21,479 nt of DNA, from positions 1 through 21,479 of the forward strand of contig CBDHEC010000045.1 of NCBI GenBank assembly GCA_965261975.1. Direction: 5' to 3'. The DNA is from Alphaproteobacteria bacterium. GTDB lineage: Bacteria > Pseudomonadota > Alphaproteobacteria > UBA6615. This document shows, piece by piece, positions 16,393 through 21,479 of this stretch. Under the pieces are notes generated by a model that saw only the letters and a program-made list of their open reading frames with translations, did no database searches and was not told the DNA's origin. The translations under genes were made by a program, and so were the position numbers. Positions within the stretch are counted from its first letter, which is position 1. The number at the start of each line of letters is the position of its first letter.

Positions 16393-16640
16393 AAATTCTG
16401 TATTTTGCATGGATGCGACAGCGGATCGGCGTTTCCGCCGAGACCGTCGATCTTCCCGCGGAGGTCACGACGGTCGATGGGCTGATCGACTGGCTGGTCG
16501 CCCGGGGCGACGGATACGCCAACGCCTTCGAGAAACGCGACGTGATCCGCGCAGCGGTGAACCAAGACTATGTCGCCTTCGACCATCCGCTCGCCGACGG
16601 GGACGAGATCGCGTTCTTCCCGCCGGTGACCGGCGGCTGA
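16389..16640 (+). CDS. moaD: Molybdopterin synthase sulfur carrier subunit
   Basis: MKILYFAW...AVNQ...DGDEIAFFPPVTGG with C-terminal GG. ATGA overlap with moeA. Confidence 0.96.
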   Translation: MKILYFAWMRQRIGVSAETVDLPAEVTTVDGLIDWLVARGDGYANAFEKRDVIRAAVNQDYVAFDHPLADGDEIAFFPPVTGG

Positions 16641-16650
16641 AGGACGTAAC

Positions 16651-17127
16651 GTGATGATCCGCGTGCAAGAGGAAGACTTCGACATCGGGGTGGAAATCAA
16701 GGCCCTGACCGCCGGGAAGACGATGATCGGCGGCCTGGCGACCTTCACCGGCCTGGTGCGGGACATGGCGCCGGTCGAGGGCAAAGACCAGCCGATCAGC
16801 GCCATGACGCTCGAACATTACCCGGGCATGACGGAGAAGAAACTCGGCGAGATCGAGGCCGAGGCAAACCGCCGCTGGCCGCTGGATGCGAGCCTCATCA
16901 TCCACCGCTATGGAAGACTGGAGCCGGGCGATCAGATCGTGCTGGTCGCCTGCGCGTCGGCCCACCGGCAGGCCGCGTTCGACGCCTGCCAGTTCCTGAT
17001 GGACTGGCTGAAAACGGACGCGCCGTTCTGGAAGCTGGAAGATACCGACGCCGGCGGTGTGTGGGTCGAGACCCGCGCCACCGACGACGCGGCGGCCGCG
17101 CGCTGGAACGAATCGCCGGAAAAATAG
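16651..17127 (+). CDS. moaE: Molybdopterin synthase catalytic subunit
   Basis: IRVQEEDFD, ATFTGLVR, LEHYPGMT, IHRYGRL, SAHRQAAF, MDWLKTDAPFWKLE. GTG at 16651 or ATG at 16654. Confidence 0.96.
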   Translation: MMIRVQEEDFDIGVEIKALTAGKTMIGGLATFTGLVRDMAPVEGKDQPISAMTLEHYPGMTEKKLGEIEAEANRRWPLDASLIIHRYGRLEPGDQIVLVACASAHRQAAFDACQFLMDWLKTDAPFWKLEDTDAGGVWVETRATDDAAAARWNESPEK

Positions 17128-17137
17128 TCGCCGACGG

Positions 17138-18037
17138 CTACTCCGCGGCGGCAGCCTCTGCCCGACCGTTCACCAGCGCGTCGTAATCCTGCATCAGCGT
17201 CTTGGTGATGTCGCCGACCGTGAAGGTGTGATCGTCGGCGATCTTGGCGATCGGGGTGACCTCGGCCGCCGTGCCGGTGACGAACATCTCGGTCGCGTCG
17301 CCGAGCTCTTCGGGCATGATCGCCCGCTCGATCACTTCGTAGCCGCGCTTCTTGGCCAGATCGATCACCGAACGCCGCGTGATGCCGTCCAGGAAACAAT
17401 CCGGCGTCGGCGTGTGAATCTTGCCGTCGATCACCAGGAACATGTTGGCGCCCGTGGTTTCGGCGAGCTGTCCGCGCCAGTCGAGCATCAGGGCGTCGGA
17501 ATAGCCTTTCGCCTCGGCGGCGTGCTTCGACAGGGTGCAGATCATGTAGAGGCCCGCGGCCTTGGCGCTCACCGGCGCCGTCTTCGGGTCCGGCCGGCGA
17601 TAAATCGCCCAGTCGAGCTCGATACCCTTCATCCGTGCTTCCGGCGTGAAATAGGACGGCCACTCCCAAACGGCGATCGCCACCTGGATCTCGCATTTCT
17701 GCGCCGAGACCCCCATCTGCTCCGGACCGCGCCAGGCAATCGGTCGGAGATAGGCATCGGTCAACCCGGCGCGGGCGAGCGCCTCGCGACATGCATCATC
17801 GAGTTCAGCGACGGTATAGGGCACCTCGAAACCGAGGACCTCGGCCGAATTGTGGAGCCGCTCATTGTGGGCGGTGAGCTCGAAAATCTCGCCATTGTAG
17901 GCGCGCATACCCTCGAACACCGCTGACGCGTAATGCAGCGCATGGTTCAGAACATGCAGCTTGGCATCGGCCCAGGGGACAAAGTCACCGTTGAACCAGA
18001 TCACCCCTTCGCGATCATCATAGGGAGTTTCGTGCAT
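17138..18037 (-). CDS. ilvE: Branched-chain amino acid aminotransferase
   Basis: LHYASAVFEGMRAY, AYLRP, AKAAGLYMICTLSK, ETTGANMF, FLDGITR, FVTGTAAEVTP (class IV PLP). Confidence 0.95.
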   Translation of the reverse strand: MHETPYDDREGVIWFNGDFVPWADAKLHVLNHALHYASAVFEGMRAYNGEIFELTAHNERLHNSAEVLGFEVPYTVAELDDACREALARAGLTDAYLRPIAWRGPEQMGVSAQKCEIQVAIAVWEWPSYFTPEARMKGIELDWAIYRRPDPKTAPVSAKAAGLYMICTLSKHAAEAKGYSDALMLDWRGQLAETTGANMFLVIDGKIHTPTPDCFLDGITRRSVIDLAKKRGYEVIERAIMPEELGDATEMFVTGTAAEVTPIAKIADDHTFTVGDITKTLMQDYDALVNGRAEAAAAE

Positions 18038-18132
18038 CTCTCAGCCCTCGAAATATATGGTCCCAGGAACCAAACACTGGGACGAAAAGTTACCCCAAAA
18101 GGTTGCGTCAGGTAACATTGCCATTTAATTAA

Positions 18133-18147
18133 GTCAACATGGTTGAC
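18133..18147. promoter_or_regulatory. Palindrome centred on the MarR start codon (putative autoregulatory operator)
   Basis: GTCAAC-ATG-GTTGAC. Confidence 0.6.
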
Positions 18148-18636
18148 CTTAAATCAAGCCCCGATACCGCAGCTCCGCGCGAAGAAGACCTTCGCCAGGG
18201 CATCGAGCTCATGTTCTACGCCTACCGGGATTTTACCGGTGAGCCCGACGCGATCCTGGAACAGTATTCGCTCGGCAGGGCACATCATCGGGTGATCTAC
18301 TTCGTCGGGCGCAACCCCGGAATCAGCGTGACAGAGCTTCTGGATATCCTGCGGATCACCAAACAGAGCCTGTCGCGCGTGCTGGGCAAGCTGATCGAGG
18401 ACGAGTTCATCAACCAGCGCCCCAATCCGGACGACCGCCGGCGCAAGCAGCTCACCCTGTCCGAGAAGGGCAAGACGCTGGAACACGCCCTCACCTCGAC
18501 CCAGATGGACCGCTTCGTGCGCGCCTACCGCGAGGCCGGCGATGAGGCCGTCGAGGGGTTCCGGCGGGTGCTGACGGGCATCATCAACCCCGAGGACCGC
18601 GCCCGGGTGCGTCCATCAACAATCCGCCGTGGCTAG
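18139..18636 (+). CDS. petP: MarR family transcriptional regulator (PetP-like)
   Basis: IELMFYAYRDFTGEPD..L....GRAHHRVIYFV...PG.SV.ELL.IL.ITKQSLSRVL..L...DRRRK.L.L. Divergent from ilvE and upstream of an OmpR-type regulator. Confidence 0.85.
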   Translation: MVDLKSSPDTAAPREEDLRQGIELMFYAYRDFTGEPDAILEQYSLGRAHHRVIYFVGRNPGISVTELLDILRITKQSLSRVLGKLIEDEFINQRPNPDDRRRKQLTLSEKGKTLEHALTSTQMDRFVRAYREAGDEAVEGFRRVLTGIINPEDRARVRPSTIRRG

Positions 18637-18673
18637 AGACGGAATCGCGGATCGGAGATAGAGTCCCGACGCG

Positions 18674-19354
18674 ATGGATGAAAGCCCGCATATTCTTGTC
18701 GTCGACGATGATCGCCGGCTCCGGGACCTGCTGCAGCGGTTCCTTTCGGAAAGCGGGTTCCGCGTGACGGTCGCGGACAGCGCGGCGCAGGCGCGCGACA
18801 AAATGGAAAGCTTTCAGTTCGATCTGCTGGTGCTGGATGTGATGATGCCGGGCGAAAGCGGCCTCGACCTCACAACCGGATTGCGCGAGAACAACCCGGT
18901 TCCCATCCTGCTGCTCACGGCGATGACCGAGCCCGAAAGCAAGATTGACGGCCTCGAACGCGGCGCCGACGACTATCTGACCAAACCTTTCGAACCGCGC
19001 GAACTGGTGGCTCGCATCCGGTCCATCCTGCGCCGTGCGCAGGTCAATGTGCGCGAGATCAGCGTGTTCCAGTTCGGCGCCCATTCCTACGACCTGCAAC
19101 GACAGATTCTCACGGGGCCCGACGGCATGGTCCCGCTGACGGGCGCCGAGGCACGTTTACTGGACGTCCTCGCCGAGACACCCGGAAGCCCCGTCAATCG
19201 TGATACGCTGCAACAGAAAAGCGGCATAACCGGGAGCGCCCGCGCGGTCGATGTGCAGGTCACAAGGCTCCGCCGCAAGATTGAACCCGACCCACGCACC
19301 CCCCGTTATCTGCAGACGATCCGGGGACAAGGGTATGTCTTATGGCCCGACTAG
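18674..19354 (+). CDS. OmpR/PetR-like response regulator
   Basis: HILVVDDD, VLDVMMPGESG, LLTA, GADDYLTKPFEPREL, RAVDVQVTRLRRKIE.DP..PRYLQTIRGQGY. Confidence 0.93.
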   Translation: MDESPHILVVDDDRRLRDLLQRFLSESGFRVTVADSAAQARDKMESFQFDLLVLDVMMPGESGLDLTTGLRENNPVPILLLTAMTEPESKIDGLERGADDYLTKPFEPRELVARIRSILRRAQVNVREISVFQFGAHSYDLQRQILTGPDGMVPLTGAEARLLDVLAETPGSPVNRDTLQQKSGITGSARAVDVQVTRLRRKIEPDPRTPRYLQTIRGQGYVLWPD

Positions 19355-20694
19355 AAGCCCTCACGCGCGTGCCCCGCATTCTACGGCTGACGCTCAAGCG
19401 AATCCTGCCGCGCGGCCTGCTGGCACGCTCCCTGCTGATTATTGTCGTGCCCCTCGTGCTGCTACAGGTGGTGAGCGGCGTCATCTTCTACGACCGGCAC
19501 TGGTCGAACGTCAGCCGGCACCGCGCAACGGCGCTCTCTGGCGATATCTCGATGGTGCTGGAGCTGATCAACGAGAACCCGGTCTCCAACAATCGACCCC
19601 AATTGTTCGAGCTGGCGCGCCGCACGCTCGACCTCGTTCTCGACTATGAAGAGGGGACAATCCTGCCGAACACCCAATTCGAACCGGCGGGAAACCTGGA
19701 GGTCACCCTGTCGCGTTCGTTGCGCGAAGTCGTGCAACGGCCCTTCGTGATCGATACAAGCAGCCAGAGCGACCGGGTCCTGATCGACATCCAACTGCCG
19801 TCCGGCGTGTTGAAGGTGTCTGCGAACGAAGAGCGGCTTATCAGTTCGACCACCAAGATATTCATTTTCTGGATGATCGGCACATCGTTGATTCTGTTCG
19901 CGGTGGCGACCCTGTTCATGCGCAATCAGGTCAGCCCCATTCGACGGCTGGCGACGGCGGCAGAGAATTTCGGCAAGGGGCGGGACACACCGAATTTCAA
20001 ACCTTCCGGTGCAACCGAAGTGCGCCAGGCCGCCAGCGCATTCATGGCGATGCGCAACCGGCTGGAACGGCAAATCCAGCAACGCACGGATATGCTCTCC
20101 GGGGTCAGCCACGACCTGCGCACCCCCCTGACCCGGATGAAGCTGCAGCTCGCGATGCTGAACCGGAACACGGAAATCGACGAGCTCAATTCCGATGTGG
20201 CCGCGATGGAAGGAATGATCGAGGGCTATCTGAATTTTGCCCGGGGCGAAGGCACCGAGGAACGGCAAGTCATCGACGCCGGCAAGCTGCTCGAAGAGGT
20301 GGCCCATAACGCACGGCGAAACGGTGCAAACATAACAGCGCATGTCGCGGAACCGGTTGAGCTGCCGCTGGCACAGGCCGCCATAAGGCGCTGTCTAACC
20401 AACCTTGCCGACAACGCGGCACGCCATGCCGAAACGGTCGAGATGCATTTGCGCCGCAACGGCAGCGTTCTCGAAATCACTGTCGATGACGATGGTCCCG
20501 GAATCCCCGAAGACATGCGCGACGACGTGTTCCGGCCGTTTTTCCGTTTGGATGAATCCCGCAACCAGGAAACCGGTGGCACCGGTCTCGGCCTTTCGAT
20601 CGCCCAGGACATCGTCCATGGACATGGCGGCGAGATCAGCCTCGGAAAATCGCCGGCGGGCGGACTGCAGGTCCTGATCCGGATTCCGATATAG
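19342..20694 (+). CDS. EnvZ-like sensor histidine kinase
   Basis: Two TM segments, HAMP (PIRRLA.AAE.FGKG), H-box GVSHDLRTPLTR, N-box NLADNA, G1 DDDGPGIP, G2 GGTGLGLSIA. Confidence 0.93.
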   Translation: MARLEALTRVPRILRLTLKRILPRGLLARSLLIIVVPLVLLQVVSGVIFYDRHWSNVSRHRATALSGDISMVLELINENPVSNNRPQLFELARRTLDLVLDYEEGTILPNTQFEPAGNLEVTLSRSLREVVQRPFVIDTSSQSDRVLIDIQLPSGVLKVSANEERLISSTTKIFIFWMIGTSLILFAVATLFMRNQVSPIRRLATAAENFGKGRDTPNFKPSGATEVRQAASAFMAMRNRLERQIQQRTDMLSGVSHDLRTPLTRMKLQLAMLNRNTEIDELNSDVAAMEGMIEGYLNFARGEGTEERQVIDAGKLLEEVAHNARRNGANITAHVAEPVELPLAQAAIRRCLTNLADNAARHAETVEMHLRRNGSVLEITVDDDGPGIPEDMRDDVFRPFFRLDESRNQETGGTGLGLSIAQDIVHGHGGEISLGKSPAGGLQVLIRIPI

Positions 20695-20715
20695 GCGCGC
20701 AAGGCACCACAGGCG

Positions 20716-21054
20716 TCAAAACAGGCGCCCGCCATTCTCGACCGGCTGATCGACATTCAGCAAGACGACGGCCCCTTCATCATCGGGAAAGCCCAGCACC
20801 AAAATTTCCGACATGAACTTGCCGATCTGTTTGGGCGGGAAGTTCACCACCGCCGCGACCTGACGGCCGACCAACTGCTCGGGTGTGTAATGAACGGTCA
20901 ATTGCGCCGAGGTTTTTCGGATGCCGATTTCCGCCCCCAGGTCGACCCATAACTTAATCGCCGGACGGCGGGCTTCCGGAAAAGGCTGCGCGTCGACGAT
21001 TGTGCCAACCCGGATATCCACCTTCTGAAAATCATCGAACGTTATCTCGTTCAT
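20716..21054 (-). CDS. csaA: tRNA-binding protein / chaperone CsaA
   Basis: 112 aa: [16 protein letters not shown]...[15 protein letters not shown]...SAQLT.HY...[18 protein letters not shown]. Confidence 0.93.
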   Translation of the reverse strand: MNEITFDDFQKVDIRVGTIVDAQPFPEARRPAIKLWVDLGAEIGIRKTSAQLTVHYTPEQLVGRQVAAVVNFPPKQIGKFMSEILVLGFPDDEGAVVLLNVDQPVENGGRLF

Positions 21055-21479
21055 GATGCGCCGTCCTGCGCGCGGGTCCCGGCACCCGCGAGGCAAAGCG
21101 CCGGCCCCATCAGATCGAGCGCACGGCCGAGATTCCGATCGAGCGAGGCCATGGTGATCGACAGGTCGGGGGTATCGTCGCGTATCCAGTCGCGTTGCGT
21201 TGCCAGCCAGACCGCCGAAAGTCCCTTGCCAAGAACCACAGCCGAAAGACATGTGTCGGGATAACCCGCAGCGGCCGCGAGAGACGCAAAGGACCGCTGG
21301 CTTTGCGGCAGACGGCGCAGCAGGGTTACCGGGTCTGTCGGCACCTCGCGAACCAGACGCAAAACCGCCTGCCGGTGATGCTGCAGTGTCTCGAACCGGC
21401 GCATCAGGATATCCAGCAGCTCATCATACTGCGCGGCCGGATCGGCCCCTGCTTGTGCATCCGCGCAAGCGGCCGCATC
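21051..21479 (-). CDS. C-terminal part of a TetR/AcrR-like (or COQ9-like) helical protein; 5' end outside the window
   Basis: Frame is open to the window edge (DAAACADAQ...[15 protein letters not shown]...[32 protein letters not shown]). ATGA overlap with csaA. The HTH itself is not visible. Confidence 0.65.
   Translation of the reverse strand, partial: DAAACADAQAGADPAAQYDELLDILMRRFETLQHHRQAVLRLVREVPTDPVTLLRRLPQSQRSFASLAAAAGYPDTCLSAVVLGKGLSAVWLATQRDWIRDDTPDLSITMASLDRNLGRALDLMGPALCLAGAGTRAQDGAS

Noticed and set aside
18125-18132. TTAATTAA as a CtrA box
   Set aside because: It lacks the TTAA-N7-TTAA spacing and is better explained as the -10 region.
11944-21054. uvrC-pgsA-mobB-moeA-moaDE and ilvE/marR-ompR-envZ/csaA blocks as a novel system
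   Set aside because: These are familiar alphaproteobacterial housekeeping neighbourhoods.

Overview
GC-rich alphaproteobacterial chromosomal segment (inferred from gene content: gapR, ilvE-petP-petR-envZ, uvrC-pgsA-mob/moa; not placed more precisely) with about 25 protein genes. I found no rRNA, tRNA, CRISPR, transposase or integrase. In order: partial fused indolepyruvate:ferredoxin oxidoreductase, gapR, GNAT, DUF1244, an unknown basic protein, dps, aspartate aminotransferase, a 44-aa membrane peptide, uvrB, SnoaL-like cyclase, msrA, mscS, Ca/Na antiporter, uvrC-pgsA-mobB-moeA-moaD-moaE, ilvE, MarR/OmpR/EnvZ, csaA and a partial TetR-like gene. Most of this is ordinary housekeeping, and the interest lies in the intergenic DNA. 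The best candidate for an undescribed system is a self-contained unit at 3583-4122: a terminator-insulated, near-consensus sigma70 promoter clamped by a perfect 15-bp inverted repeat, driving an uncharacterised protein with a GRP...MTGAERQRRRR basic helix (putative autorepressor plus operator). Also notable are a perfect FNR/FixK box in front of an easily missed 44-aa membrane peptide, a perfect Irr ICE box over the dps promoter, two genes that appear to need non-canonical start codons, an atypical MsrA, a basic insertion in UvrC and a strong TAG stop-codon bias. All family calls are from recognised motifs, not database searches.
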